UHGV virus genome: UHGV-0317053
Length of the DNA stretch: 37,827 bases
Strand: one strand, 5' to 3'
From: a virus
The notes below the pieces were generated by a model. It was given only the letters and a program-made list of their open reading frames with translations. It did not search any database and was not told the DNA's origin. Position numbers and translations under genes: made by a program. Positions 10,145 to 19,705 of this stretch are shown here, piece by piece. Within the stretch, counting starts at the first letter, position 1, and every line of letters starts with the position of its first letter.

Positions 10145-11980
10145 TTACCTGCCAAAGCGCGTATAGCCAACATCATGGCTGACATCAAAACCGCTGGATC
10201 GCGTTTCCATAACCCGCATACCCGGAGGCGAATTCACAAAAGAGACCTTGATCTCACCATCAACTTTTGGCGCAGAAGCTTTGTTAATCATGAAGGGATT
10301 CGGGCCTGTGGCACCGGAGGCGTTGTTTGACTGAGCCGGATCTACCGCCTGATAAGGTGTGTATCCCCGTGCCGGTATTCCCGTCCCATAAGCATCATAA
10401 GCACCCGCGCCCCACTGCGCAGAGTTAATGGCATCGACCGTGTCACCGGAACTGTCGGTAAACCACTCAATAATTGGCTTCAGTTTGTCCCACATATCCT
10501 GAAACCACTTAACAACCGGTCCCCAGTTATTGATTACCATCCCCAGCGGCGACCAGGCAAAAACCTTCTTCAGAAGCTCCCGGCCAGCCTCAAAATAAGG
10601 ACCAATGGTTTCCCAGAGCTTCTTGAAATAAGGTCCGACAACATCCCAGTTAGTGATAATTAATCCCGCAGCCAGGGCTATCGCCGTCGCAATCATGCCA
10701 ATCGGCGTCATCGACATGATCCTGCTGACAATACTGATGGCACCGCCAACGCCCATCAATCCCAGTTTCAGAATCGCAAGACCGGCAGCAAGCCCGACGA
10801 CGCCGCGAATAACCCGGGGATTTTCATCCGCAAACTTCGTGAATTTTTCCCCCAACTCCCCCAGCCATTGCGTGATATTTTTGGCGTCACCAGAAAATGC
10901 GCCGCCAATAGCCGCAAGGCCGTTAGTTGCGGTCCCCGTCATTGCCTCCCACAGGTTGGACAGCGTACCAAGCTGGGCCTGAACACGTTTATTCAGGCTG
11001 GCCTGTTTATTCATCTTCTGCTGGATCTGATCGTAGCCATCCTTTCCTTTATCGATCAGTGCATTGACCACCTGAAGGGTTTCGGCATCATCACCAAATA
11101 TTGCCTTAAGTACACCTGTTCGCTTAACGTCGGTCAGTTTTCGCAGCTTTGCCAGTTGCCTGAACATGTTATCAAGACCGCCAAAACTTCCTTTGCCGTC
11201 AGTAAAATCGAGCTGTACCCCGAGTTTCTGGCGGGCCATGACTTTATTGACGTCCCTGATTTTCTTAACGCTTAATCCGGACTGGATAACTTTTCGCAGG
11301 GCATTACCTGCCGACTCCCCGTTCATCCCCATCTGATCCATCATGACACTGATGGGGGCAAGACTCTGTGCAGCCTGAAGACCGTCCTTGTTCACCATCT
11401 TCAGAACAGAGCTGGTTTTAGTGAAGAATGACAGCATGTTGGTGTCGTCAACGCCCAGATAAAACGCCTTCTGAATTGTGTCGAACAGCCCCATCATGTC
11501 TTCTGAGACCGTTCCGGTAGCATCCTGCATCTTTGCGGCAAACTCGGCAGCCGCTTCCGGTGTTTTTTTCAGTTGTACCGCAAGATAAGCTGTCGCTTTA
11601 CCCACACCGCCAAGAATGTTTTCTGCCGGGATCCCCTGACGCACCAGCATCTGCATCATGTTCTGAAAATCAGCTGTTGTACCGGGTAGCTGGTTACCCA
11701 GGCCAATAGCCAGTTTATTGATGTCCTGAAAGCGCTTTCCAACCTCGCCGTTCGCATCCATCATGGCGACTTTCAGCCCGGTGGCGGCGTTTTCCTGATC
11801 GGCATAAGATTTCAGGGAAAGCGTCAGACCCGCTGCCAGTCCGCCACCAAGCGCCAGCCCACCCTGTGACGCTTCTTCCGCCTGGCGTTTAAATCCCCGG
11901 ATTTTCTTTTGCATTTTCGACAGCGCGGGAGAAAGCCTGTCGACACCGGTGATCAACGCCTTAAGCTCAAATTCAGCCAT
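10145..11980 (-). CDS. tail tape measure protein
   Basis: 611 aa, Ala/Gly-rich with coiled-coil N-terminus and hydrophobic segment; follows chaperone frameshift pair. Confidence 0.85.
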   Translation of the reverse strand: MAEFELKALITGVDRLSPALSKMQKKIRGFKRQAEEASQGGLALGGGLAAGLTLSLKSYADQENAATGLKVAMMDANGEVGKRFQDINKLAIGLGNQLPGTTADFQNMMQMLVRQGIPAENILGGVGKATAYLAVQLKKTPEAAAEFAAKMQDATGTVSEDMMGLFDTIQKAFYLGVDDTNMLSFFTKTSSVLKMVNKDGLQAAQSLAPISVMMDQMGMNGESAGNALRKVIQSGLSVKKIRDVNKVMARQKLGVQLDFTDGKGSFGGLDNMFRQLAKLRKLTDVKRTGVLKAIFGDDAETLQVVNALIDKGKDGYDQIQQKMNKQASLNKRVQAQLGTLSNLWEAMTGTATNGLAAIGGAFSGDAKNITQWLGELGEKFTKFADENPRVIRGVVGLAAGLAILKLGLMGVGGAISIVSRIMSMTPIGMIATAIALAAGLIITNWDVVGPYFKKLWETIGPYFEAGRELLKKVFAWSPLGMVINNWGPVVKWFQDMWDKLKPIIEWFTDSSGDTVDAINSAQWGAGAYDAYGTGIPARGYTPYQAVDPAQSNNASGATGPNPFMINKASAPKVDGEIKVSFVNSPPGMRVMETRSSGFDVSHDVGYTRFGR

Positions 11981-12155
11981 GTGTGCGTTTCTCCTGCTCT
12001 ATCCTGTTTGCCTGACTGACCAGCAAGGGAATTTCACTGATCGGCATATTCAGCAATTCGAAGGGATTAATGCGCCAGTAGCTGGCGCAGTCAAAGAAGC
12101 GATCAGTGAGGTATTCAGCCGTCAGGCCTGGAGGAAAAAACCAGCCACAAGCCAC
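11973..12155 (-). CDS. -1 frameshift extension of the tail assembly chaperone (GT-like product)
   Basis: ORF in the -1 frame overlaps the chaperone 3' end and the tape-measure start; slippery T TTT TTC present. Confidence 0.55.
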   Translation of the reverse strand: MACGWFFPPGLTAEYLTDRFFDCASYWRINPFELLNMPISEIPLLVSQANRIEQEKRTHG

Positions 12156-12391
12156 GCCGCTGCATTCAGGTCTGCCGGAGACATCTGGTCGACAGAGTTT
12201 TGCGGCACTTTCGCCAGCCGCACAATGTATTTCGATACCACATGCGCCAGAAGTCTGACGGACTCATCCTGATTCATCTGGTAGGGATACCCCAGCTCGC
12301 GGACATCTTTCCCGGTGGGCTCATCAAACTCCAGTACGGAGAGTGTCTCGCCATGAGCGGTAATCGGTTTCTTTAACTCAAGCTCTTTCAT
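12122..12391 (-). CDS. tail assembly chaperone (lambda G-like)
   Basis: 89-aa ORF directly upstream of tape measure; ends over slippery heptamer. Confidence 0.7.
   Translation of the reverse strand: MKELELKKPITAHGETLSVLEFDEPTGKDVRELGYPYQMNQDESVRLLAHVVSKYIVRLAKVPQNSVDQMSPADLNAAAWLVAGFFLQA
12134..12140 (-). other. slippery heptamer T-TTT-TTC for programmed -1 frameshift
   Basis: minus-strand reads GGT TTT TTC CTC in zero frame; -1 frame stays open to 11973. Confidence 0.55.
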
Positions 12392-12747
12392 TACTGGTAA
12401 TCCCCTTCTTCACCGTGGAACTCAAGATCAACCGTCCCTTCTTCGGCATTATGGTTCGCTTCGCCGTGCAGCCAGGCAGACGACAGTACATAGACCTGAC
12501 CGTTCGCCAGCTCGGCAGTGATGGTCATCTCATCAGACGAGGTGATTTTGCCCACCGGAAAATTCTTCGGCACCTTGAAGGTCCCTTTAACATAAGACGC
12601 ACGGTGAGTTTCCTTGCGGTCCACTGAACCGTCCAGGCCGATGATGTCATCATTGACCGTCCTGTTCATGGGCACCTCAATGCCGCCGGTCAGCGATAGC
12701 TGCTGACCGTCAATTTTGAAATAACAGGTTCCCCCGATACGGGCCAT
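12391..12747 (-). CDS. tail tube protein
   Basis: 118 aa, immediately downstream of sheath gene. Confidence 0.7.
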   Translation of the reverse strand: MARIGGTCYFKIDGQQLSLTGGIEVPMNRTVNDDIIGLDGSVDRKETHRASYVKGTFKVPKNFPVGKITSSDEMTITAELANGQVYVLSSAWLHGEANHNAEEGTVDLEFHGEEGDYQ

Positions 12748-14240
12748 TATGCAGACTCCTCTGAATACTGAAGACGGAACTGGTTAACCACAGCAAAAAC
12801 ACGCAACTGGTTAACATAGTCAGGCGGGAACAGCGTGTTCAGGCGGTTCGGATCGCTGGCATCACGCTCCACAACCAGGTACTGCTTAAACAGTTCGTAG
12901 TTTTCCACGATCCCCGCACGCTCAAGCTGACGGTAGGTTGCCAGCAGTTCCCCTTTGATTACCGCCGGGGTGACAATCGCCTGACCGGGACCAAAGCGGG
13001 TACCGTCGCTGGCAAGCTTGTGACGCCCGTACTTACTGGTAATGACGGATTTCAGTTTGCGCAGCACATACGCGCTGGTATGCAGCGTCTCGCTGTCGAG
13101 GTAGCTGTTATCCGCAACACCGTAAGCGTTTTTCCTGTACGTGGTGACATCACGCTGAATGCGCAGCACCCCGCTTTCGACATACGCCGTTGCCACGCCA
13201 TGAGACAGCAGGGTCTGTTGTTCGGTCATCGTGAACCGTTTCCCCTTCGGCGCAGGCAGCATACCCACCAGCTCACCGGTCTGCGTGGGACGTGCCGGAT
13301 CGTTGCGAATAAACACCGCTGCGCGGGCGGTACGGCTTGCCGCCAGCTCGTCGGCAGGCGTCTGGGTCTCTTTTTCGTATCCCGCCAGGGTAATGTGCTG
13401 CTGGTTAAACTGGTCACCTGCGGTCACCAGTTCTGACAGCGTGCCGATCTTTGCCGTATACACATGACCATACAGCTGACGCGCATAGCTCCAGCGACCG
13501 CTGGTATCGTTCATCTCGGTCACCAGCGTGTTAACGGAGGCCGTGTCGTTGAACGGCAGGCCGATATAATCAAACGGCTCATCCGCCATTGCAGCCACCG
13601 CGCCGGTGAGAACAGGAGCGCCCGTTCCGGCGGTACCCGTCGCCACGGCAATCTGTACGCCCGCTGGCAGCACTTCGCCCCCACCAAAGCCGTAGTAATT
13701 GAGGCTGACAGGAATTTCATTCCCGCAAAGCCCCTTATGACGCGCGGTCAGTGTGACCACGCCTGCCGAAGATGAGGCAGTAAACGGCAGGGTCGGAACG
13801 GCATTGATGGCATCTTTGATACTGCTGGCAATCGTCGCGACGTTATCGCCGTTGGTCACCGGTGCCTGCACGCGGGTACGTCCCACATAAACATTCACCG
13901 TGCCGGTTTCGGTTGCCGCGCCGGTCACCGTCAGCGTAACTGTTGCCGCCGCGCCCGTGGATTCAGGAACGGCAATCACATACAGTTCACCAAACGGGTC
14001 GGTCTGGCGATAAGCCTCGACCATACGCGCCAGCTGACTTCCCGCACCACAAATCTGGCGTGCATAGTCTGCCGATGGCATCAGCACCAGACTGTTGGCA
14101 ACAATCTCTGCACCGTTATTGGCATGACCAATCAGCAGCGATGCTCCGCTGTCCTGTGCAGTATTCGCCGCCGAGTTATCCATTTCCGCATAAAAAATCG
14201 GAACCAGCGTATTCGACGGAATGGTGTTAAAGCTCGTCAT
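12747..14240 (-). CDS. contractile tail sheath protein
   Basis: 497 aa; N-terminus MTSFNTIPSNTLVPIFYAE typical of sheath proteins. Confidence 0.85.
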   Translation of the reverse strand: MTSFNTIPSNTLVPIFYAEMDNSAANTAQDSGASLLIGHANNGAEIVANSLVLMPSADYARQICGAGSQLARMVEAYRQTDPFGELYVIAVPESTGAAATVTLTVTGAATETGTVNVYVGRTRVQAPVTNGDNVATIASSIKDAINAVPTLPFTASSSAGVVTLTARHKGLCGNEIPVSLNYYGFGGGEVLPAGVQIAVATGTAGTGAPVLTGAVAAMADEPFDYIGLPFNDTASVNTLVTEMNDTSGRWSYARQLYGHVYTAKIGTLSELVTAGDQFNQQHITLAGYEKETQTPADELAASRTARAAVFIRNDPARPTQTGELVGMLPAPKGKRFTMTEQQTLLSHGVATAYVESGVLRIQRDVTTYRKNAYGVADNSYLDSETLHTSAYVLRKLKSVITSKYGRHKLASDGTRFGPGQAIVTPAVIKGELLATYRQLERAGIVENYELFKQYLVVERDASDPNRLNTLFPPDYVNQLRVFAVVNQFRLQYSEESA

Positions 14241-14394
14241 CGGTATTCACCTTTTCATTCACGCGCCGGATATCACCCGCTGCTTCACGGCGCAGCCAGT
14301 AGTTGTTCTCATCAACATTTCGCCCCTCGGCGGGCAAAAGGTCGCCGCGGGCAGGGTCAGGAACTGACCGCCCTTTAACAGGTTTCACAAACAT
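14227..14394 (-). CDS. small hypothetical protein (55 aa) upstream of sheath
   Basis: ATG 9 nt after preceding stop, stop overlaps sheath start; no clear SD; below ORF-track size cutoff. Confidence 0.3.
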   Translation of the reverse strand: MFVKPVKGRSVPDPARGDLLPAEGRNVDENNYWLRREAAGDIRRVNEKVNTDDEL

Positions 14395-14402
14395 GAAGAT
14401 TC

Positions 14403-14963
14403 TCAGGAAGGAAGGGTTATTTCGGTGTGATGTTCGATATCGCCGTCAGGCCCGTTACCGGGATCGAGATAATCAACATCAATCGCCAGCGTTCGCAGTT
14501 CATCCAGACTGTTCAGGTCATCCTGCTGGCGGGTATCGTCTTCGGTCAGCTCGCTGATGACCGAAAAATCGAACTGATAAATCAGCTCATGACGATTCAG
14601 ATCCAGCAGCGTGCCGCCGTCATAGGTAATCGGGTTACCGCACGCTTCCGGGTTCCAGCCCAGCAGAGCCTTAAAGAGCATCTGCCGGACATCGTCCACC
14701 ACATCATACGAGGCAAACTGACCGCGCTCATCACGCCCGTTACTCAGTATGACAACCACGGAGAAGCCCTCTTTCAGCTCCTGCCAGTAGTCGGTCTGGC
14801 TTTTGTTTTCTCCCGGAGAGTCATCACCCGGTACCACATACGCCGCCGGGAGTCTCAGCTTTCCGACCTCCGGCAGATTTTTGAACTGTGCCGCGCCTGC
14901 TACCCGGTTTTCAAAATACGGGCAGCGGGCACGCAGCGCAGCAATAACAGGCGTCAGTTTCAT
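14403..14963 (-). CDS. putative tail completion/neck protein
   Basis: 186 aa between head-tail joining genes and sheath; family not recognised. Confidence 0.45.
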   Translation of the reverse strand: MKLTPVIAALRARCPYFENRVAGAAQFKNLPEVGKLRLPAAYVVPGDDSPGENKSQTDYWQELKEGFSVVVILSNGRDERGQFASYDVVDDVRQMLFKALLGWNPEACGNPITYDGGTLLDLNRHELIYQFDFSVISELTEDDTRQQDDLNSLDELRTLAIDVDYLDPGNGPDGDIEHHTEITLPS

Positions 14964-15466
14964 CTGTGTCGTCGCTCCGGCTTCAGTGATTTACGCAATT
15001 CCCGCGCCAGAAAATAGCGTGTCCAGCTGCGGTTCTTTTCAAGAGTTTCCACCATGAAGTTATTACGTGGAGCCAGTCGCCAGCCGCTGCCACCGGATGC
15101 ACCACGATGATGACTACGACGACGTTTTGCTCCTCCCCGGACACCAAAAAACAGAAACGCCGGATAGAAGTCACCAGAGATCATCCGGTTCCCCTTCCCG
15201 TTGCGCTGGTTAGGGGCAATGCGTGTCATAAAACCGGCTCGCTTTTTACTGGCTCTCGGCACCATATAACCAATCGAACGAGCCAGGCGTCCGGTCTGAT
15301 AACCGGGGTTTTCACCCGGTGCCGACCGCGCACGGCGCATCACCAGCCGACGGGCATCACGCATATGACGCTGCCCAATCGTGACAAACGCCCGCCGGAC
15401 ACGGGCGCGGTTAAAGCGCATCTCGGCGGGCTGCTGAACATCAACGTGAAAAAAGGGAGTCGCCAT
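14960..15466 (-). CDS. basic virion morphogenesis protein (HK97 gp10-like?)
   Basis: 168 aa, Arg-rich; position in head-tail joining block. Confidence 0.45.
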   Translation of the reverse strand: MATPFFHVDVQQPAEMRFNRARVRRAFVTIGQRHMRDARRLVMRRARSAPGENPGYQTGRLARSIGYMVPRASKKRAGFMTRIAPNQRNGKGNRMISGDFYPAFLFFGVRGGAKRRRSHHRGASGGSGWRLAPRNNFMVETLEKNRSWTRYFLARELRKSLKPERRHR

Positions 15467-15851
15467 TGCTGCCTCCGTGACTCTGCCTACATTCGCCCAG
15501 CTCCGTACACTCCAGCAGCAGAAAGCGCCGCGCCCCGTTCAGATCACGCTGACGTTTCACCCGGTACACACTGTCATCACAGACCACCTCATAATCAGCA
15601 GTGATCCCCCGGCGGTAACGAATGGTGATGTAATGGGTGATGGCGTCCCCGGTCTGCGCGGTTTCCTGCCAGGTGGTGGCACTGGTCTGGATAACCTTCG
15701 CCCATGTCCGGAACGTAACCGGGTATTGAGGCTCCACGCCAAAGTTATCCGCGGGCATATCCACCCGCTGGCGGATCAGGACGCGTTTATTTAGTTCACC
15801 GGGGTCCGGCAGAATGTAGGTTGCGCTGGTCTGCGCCTGACGAATTTTCAT
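15441..15851 (-). CDS. head-tail adaptor / head closure protein
   Basis: 136 aa downstream of gp6-like connector gene. Confidence 0.5.
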   Translation of the reverse strand: MKIRQAQTSATYILPDPGELNKRVLIRQRVDMPADNFGVEPQYPVTFRTWAKVIQTSATTWQETAQTGDAITHYITIRYRRGITADYEVVCDDSVYRVKRQRDLNGARRFLLLECTELGECRQSHGGSNGDSLFSR

Positions 15852-16171
15852 TGCGGAAAGTACCTGTACGGGCCGACAAGCCAGCCAAAACTCTGCGGCA
15901 TGTCGAGTTTCTCCACTTCCGTAACCGACGAGCGGTTTTCGTAAAAATGGCTGATAAGCATCAGCATCCCCAGACGAATATCATCCGGCAGGTGCAGCCC
16001 GTCCGGATCGCTGTCCGGAATGGTTTCATCCGGTGCATAGAGCTTCCGGTTCAGATACGTTTCCGTCCGCTTTTGTGCCGCACTGGCCAGCAGTTGCAGA
16101 TGGCGGTCATCAGCATCGAAATCCTCATCCAGCCGGAGTTGGGCTTTAATCTCTTCCATTGTCAGAAGCAT
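15848..16171 (-). CDS. head-tail connector protein (gp6-like)
   Basis: 107 aa; N-terminal MLLTMEEIKAQLRLD pattern typical of gp6-like family. Confidence 0.65.
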   Translation of the reverse strand: MLLTMEEIKAQLRLDEDFDADDRHLQLLASAAQKRTETYLNRKLYAPDETIPDSDPDGLHLPDDIRLGMLMLISHFYENRSSVTEVEKLDMPQSFGWLVGPYRYFPQ

Positions 16172-16173
16172 AC

Positions 16174-16374
16174 TCAGCCCTCTTTACTGGTCGTGGCTTT
16201 TTTCTCTTTTGTCGCTTTACTGCTTTTTGCACTGGTTCCGCGCTCTGCTAACCCGGCCTGAAGTGCAATCTCCTGCACCCGGGCAGGAAGCGCCCCGTCG
16301 TCATACTCACCGGCCCGAATGACCTCAACACGCATACCGTCCGGTGACCATTTCAGATCTTGTTTCAGGATCAT
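16174..16374 (-). CDS. small Lys/Ser/Thr-rich phage protein
   Basis: 66 aa between capsid and connector genes. Confidence 0.4.
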   Translation of the reverse strand: MILKQDLKWSPDGMRVEVIRAGEYDDGALPARVQEIALQAGLAERGTSAKSSKATKEKKATTSKEG

Positions 16375-16422
16375 GATTCTTCACCCGTCAGAACAGGGGC
16401 GCGGTTCCGCGCCCCTGAGTGA

Positions 16423-17628
16423 TTACGCCACTGCAATCTTCAGCAGTTTGATGGCCTGCGAATCGACCAGCATGCCGCCGGTGCGTTTGGTGGTATAAAA
16501 ACCGACAAACGGTTTATTGGTGTACGGGTCACGCAGAATGCGGGTGCCGATACGGTCAACGATGGTGTAACCCCGTTTGAAGTTACCAAATGCAATGGCT
16601 TTCGCATCAGCGGCGATATCCGGCATCTGTTCGTTTTCAGCGATACCGTAACCCGCCAGAGAGGACGGCTGCCCCAGCTCCAGCCCCGGACGCCACAGAT
16701 AGTTACCCTCGCTGTCTTTCAGCAGACGGATGGCAAACAGGCTATTGTTGTTCATCATGAACTTCGCGCCTGTGCGGTGTGCCTTACGCAGCGTGTAAAT
16801 CAGTTTGATAATGGCGTCTGCGGTCACCGCCGTCGCGTCGCCGGATACAATATGCTGAAGTTTGCCGAACGCCCGGACCTTATCGGTTTCATCCGTGGAT
16901 TCATACGCCAGGAACCCTTTCGGCTTCTTGGTACCATCGCCGGTGGTAAAGGCAATTTCTTCCTGTTCGGCAAATTCGGTTGCCAGCTCGCTGTTGATCC
17001 ATGCTTCCACGTTGAAAAAGGCATCATCCAGCATTTTCTGGGTGGCCTGCGGGTTACCGTAGATTTCCCCCATGAAAGGTTCAATCAGGCCCAGTTTTGA
17101 GGTGGCAGTCTGGGAGCGCGCGTCAGTCTCACCAACCCATCCGGAAGCCGTGCCGCCCAGATTCACCAGTTTTTTGTAGTCGGAACCACCAACGGTGATC
17201 ACCGTGGCTTCCTGGCGCATCACCACTTCATCTTTCAGCAGGGTGAGAATGTTGCGATCCAGTGCTTCCGGCACGGCATAGCCGCCGTCTTCATCGGTGC
17301 CCACCTGTAATGCCTTGCGCTCCAGATCGCGCAGACCATCTTCACGGCCTTTACGCAGGAAGCCCACAAACGCTTCTTTATGCTCGGTGGCCAGTTTATT
17401 TTGCGCACCACCTGCCGGACGTTTCAGCTCAAGCAGCTCTTTTTCAAGATCGCTTTTGAGGTTTTCCAGCTCGCTGAGTTTCCCGTTCAGGGTTTCCACC
17501 TGCCCGGCAAGCTTGCCTTTTTCCTGCTCAATCGCATCCACGCGCTTGTCGTTCTTTGCTTTGAAGTCGTCAAACTTCTGCTGCAGCTCCTGCGCGACCT
17601 GTTCGACATCTTTAATATCAACCGCCAT
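16423..17628 (-). CDS. major capsid protein, HK97 family
   Basis: 401 aa with N-terminal coiled-coil delta domain and HK97-fold hallmarks. Confidence 0.9.
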   Translation of the reverse strand: MAVDIKDVEQVAQELQQKFDDFKAKNDKRVDAIEQEKGKLAGQVETLNGKLSELENLKSDLEKELLELKRPAGGAQNKLATEHKEAFVGFLRKGREDGLRDLERKALQVGTDEDGGYAVPEALDRNILTLLKDEVVMRQEATVITVGGSDYKKLVNLGGTASGWVGETDARSQTATSKLGLIEPFMGEIYGNPQATQKMLDDAFFNVEAWINSELATEFAEQEEIAFTTGDGTKKPKGFLAYESTDETDKVRAFGKLQHIVSGDATAVTADAIIKLIYTLRKAHRTGAKFMMNNNSLFAIRLLKDSEGNYLWRPGLELGQPSSLAGYGIAENEQMPDIAADAKAIAFGNFKRGYTIVDRIGTRILRDPYTNKPFVGFYTTKRTGGMLVDSQAIKLLKIAVA

Positions 17629-17642
17629 CGTATTTCTCCTGA

Positions 17643-18293
17643 TTAGAAGTTCAGATTTTTCAGTGCATTCAGTGCAGAGCCCACATCCTCAGCGTCGCGC
17701 AGGGACAGTGCGCCATAGCCCCCGGCCATGAATGCTTTGGCCTGGGTACGGGAGAGTCCGACATCACGCAGGACTCTTTCGATTTTTTTCTGTTCGGGGA
17801 TTTCCCCGCGGGCCAGTGCGTTCTTGACGTCGCTGATCCGCGCCTCGTCGTTAGACGGGAACGTCACCAGGCTGACTTCCCAGAGGTCGATTTCTTTCAG
17901 CAGAAAGGCTTCTTTGCTCCGGTCGTATTCCCAGTCTTTCAGGACGTACCCAATAGAAAGGCCGGTTAACGAACCGGCCTTCATGTGTGCATGTGCGCGT
18001 TTTGCGAGGGGATCATCATCAATAAGCAACCGTCCCCTGACGTAAAGCCCGACATCGTCTTCCTTCATTTCAGTGTAAACACCGATGGGTTCATCCATGC
18101 GGTGCTGCCAGAGCAGCGCAGGTAACGCTTTTCTGTCACTCCACGCCCGCAGGGAAGCAGCAAATGCCCCGGACATCACCACATCATCGTGGCTGTCCTT
18201 TACACCAAAGACGGAGCCATACCCTTCAAACTCACCGGAGTCACTGACAGATTTCAGACTCAGCGGTACATCAAGACGTTGTTTCGTCTGCAT
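17643..18293 (-). CDS. prohead protease (HK97 family)
   Basis: between portal and capsid; ATG 18293 (MQTKQRLD...) preferred, ORF-track start 18329 overlaps portal more. Confidence 0.8.
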   Translation of the reverse strand: MQTKQRLDVPLSLKSVSDSGEFEGYGSVFGVKDSHDDVVMSGAFAASLRAWSDRKALPALLWQHRMDEPIGVYTEMKEDDVGLYVRGRLLIDDDPLAKRAHAHMKAGSLTGLSIGYVLKDWEYDRSKEAFLLKEIDLWEVSLVTFPSNDEARISDVKNALARGEIPEQKKIERVLRDVGLSRTQAKAFMAGGYGALSLRDAEDVGSALNALKNLNF

Positions 18294-19512
18294 TGGAGTT
18301 ATCCTTCTGCTTACCGGCTTTACTGCCATCGGAGGGTTTCGTGGTCATGTTCATCGGTGTGAGATAGACATCACCACCGGGACGCGGATTCATATCTTCC
18401 AGGTCGCGGCAGTCATTGGGAGAGTAAATTCCCCAGTTGATCCCGGTGGCGTAGGCTTCAAAACGGGACTTCATATCCCCGCGCAGTAACGCCCCGGCGT
18501 TAAATTTGGCGTAATAAACGCCCTGCTTACTTTTTCGTACCAGTCCGGTGTTGATCCGCTGTTCGATGCGGGTCAGATACGGCACCAGTGAATAGTTGAT
18601 AAATCCCAGCCCCAGCTCTTCGATATTGTTGAAGGTGGCGCGATCGGTGTTCTGCACCATGTGCAACGGCACCCGGAACAGACGACAGATTTCTTCAAGC
18701 TGAAACTTGCGGGTTTCCAGGAACTGGCTGTCCTCGGCGTTCAGCGCCATCGACTTCCAGTCCAGCCCCATCTCAAGGATCATCGGGCGGTGAGCATTAC
18801 CAAGCCCGGTGTGACGCTCCTCAAAATCTTTCTTCAGGCGCTCGTAAGCCTGATCTGACAGCGTCTGCTCTGTACGCAACACACCCGACGTCACCGCGCC
18901 ATTGCTGAACAGTCTGGCCCCGTGCTCTTCGGTCGCTGCCGCCAGCGATATTGCCTCGCGGGCATAGGCGATGGGATTCAGTCCCACCAGACCGTCCAGC
19001 GTCAGCGTGCGCACATGCCAGATATCTTCCTGGCTCAGTACATCCGTGGAGCCGTCCGGGAATGTGACCTGGTAAACCGGTTCCCAGCTACTGTTAAGCT
19101 TCGGTACCACACAACCTGGGTCGACGGGCAGCAGTTCAGCCACTTCGCCAAATGCTTTCACTTTGTAGGCGTAAAAGTTTCCCCGCAGGCACAGACAGGT
19201 GACCACCAGCTCCCAGAACTCCTGCGGCGTCATATAGCCATTGGGATGCGTGGAGATCAGCTTATGCAGACGTTCGCCGGTGGCTCTCTGTTTCAGGCTG
19301 CCGTTCAGGTGATACAGGTTGCAGGGCAACATCCCGACCGACTCCGCCAGCACCCTGACGCAGGAAAAAACCGCCGTCAGTCGCATGGCCCGCTGGCTGC
19401 TGATCTGCTTTCCGGTATAGGTGTCATATGACAGCCCGATAGCATCCGCCAGCTCTGCTGGCGTGGTCACCGGTGCGTCACTTTTTCGTTGAAATAATCC
19501 CGAAAAGAACAC
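18271..19512 (-). CDS. portal protein (HK97 family)
   Basis: 413 aa; position after terminase. Confidence 0.9.
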   Translation of the reverse strand: MFFSGLFQRKSDAPVTTPAELADAIGLSYDTYTGKQISSQRAMRLTAVFSCVRVLAESVGMLPCNLYHLNGSLKQRATGERLHKLISTHPNGYMTPQEFWELVVTCLCLRGNFYAYKVKAFGEVAELLPVDPGCVVPKLNSSWEPVYQVTFPDGSTDVLSQEDIWHVRTLTLDGLVGLNPIAYAREAISLAAATEEHGARLFSNGAVTSGVLRTEQTLSDQAYERLKKDFEERHTGLGNAHRPMILEMGLDWKSMALNAEDSQFLETRKFQLEEICRLFRVPLHMVQNTDRATFNNIEELGLGFINYSLVPYLTRIEQRINTGLVRKSKQGVYYAKFNAGALLRGDMKSRFEAYATGINWGIYSPNDCRDLEDMNPRPGGDVYLTPMNMTTKPSDGSKAGKQKDNSNADETTS

Positions 19513-19694
19513 TATTTACCTCCGCCGACAGACGGCTGTGTACGGTCGAGATATCGCGCCACCAGCCACGACCAGAACAGGCACAGCGCCCCGGCAACAA
19601 CAAACCCCGCCGGGGGATAAATCAGCCAGGCACCATACGCCAGCAAAAGCGCACCCAGCACGCCCACCAGAGGCGCGAGAATCAGCATGATCAT
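19512..19694 (-). CDS. small two-helix membrane protein
   Basis: 60 aa, two hydrophobic segments; exactly fills gap between terL stop and portal start. Confidence 0.45.
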   Translation of the reverse strand: MIMLILAPLVGVLGALLLAYGAWLIYPPAGFVVAGALCLFWSWLVARYLDRTQPSVGGGK

Positions 19695-19705
19695 AATTAC
19701 CTCAG

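Noticed and set aside
10653-11275. Plus-strand ORFs inside the tape-measure gene (10653..10982, 10868..11275) and similar antisense ORFs within other structural genes
   Set aside because: Embedded antisense to long well-supported genes, no SD, odd composition; typical six-frame artefacts
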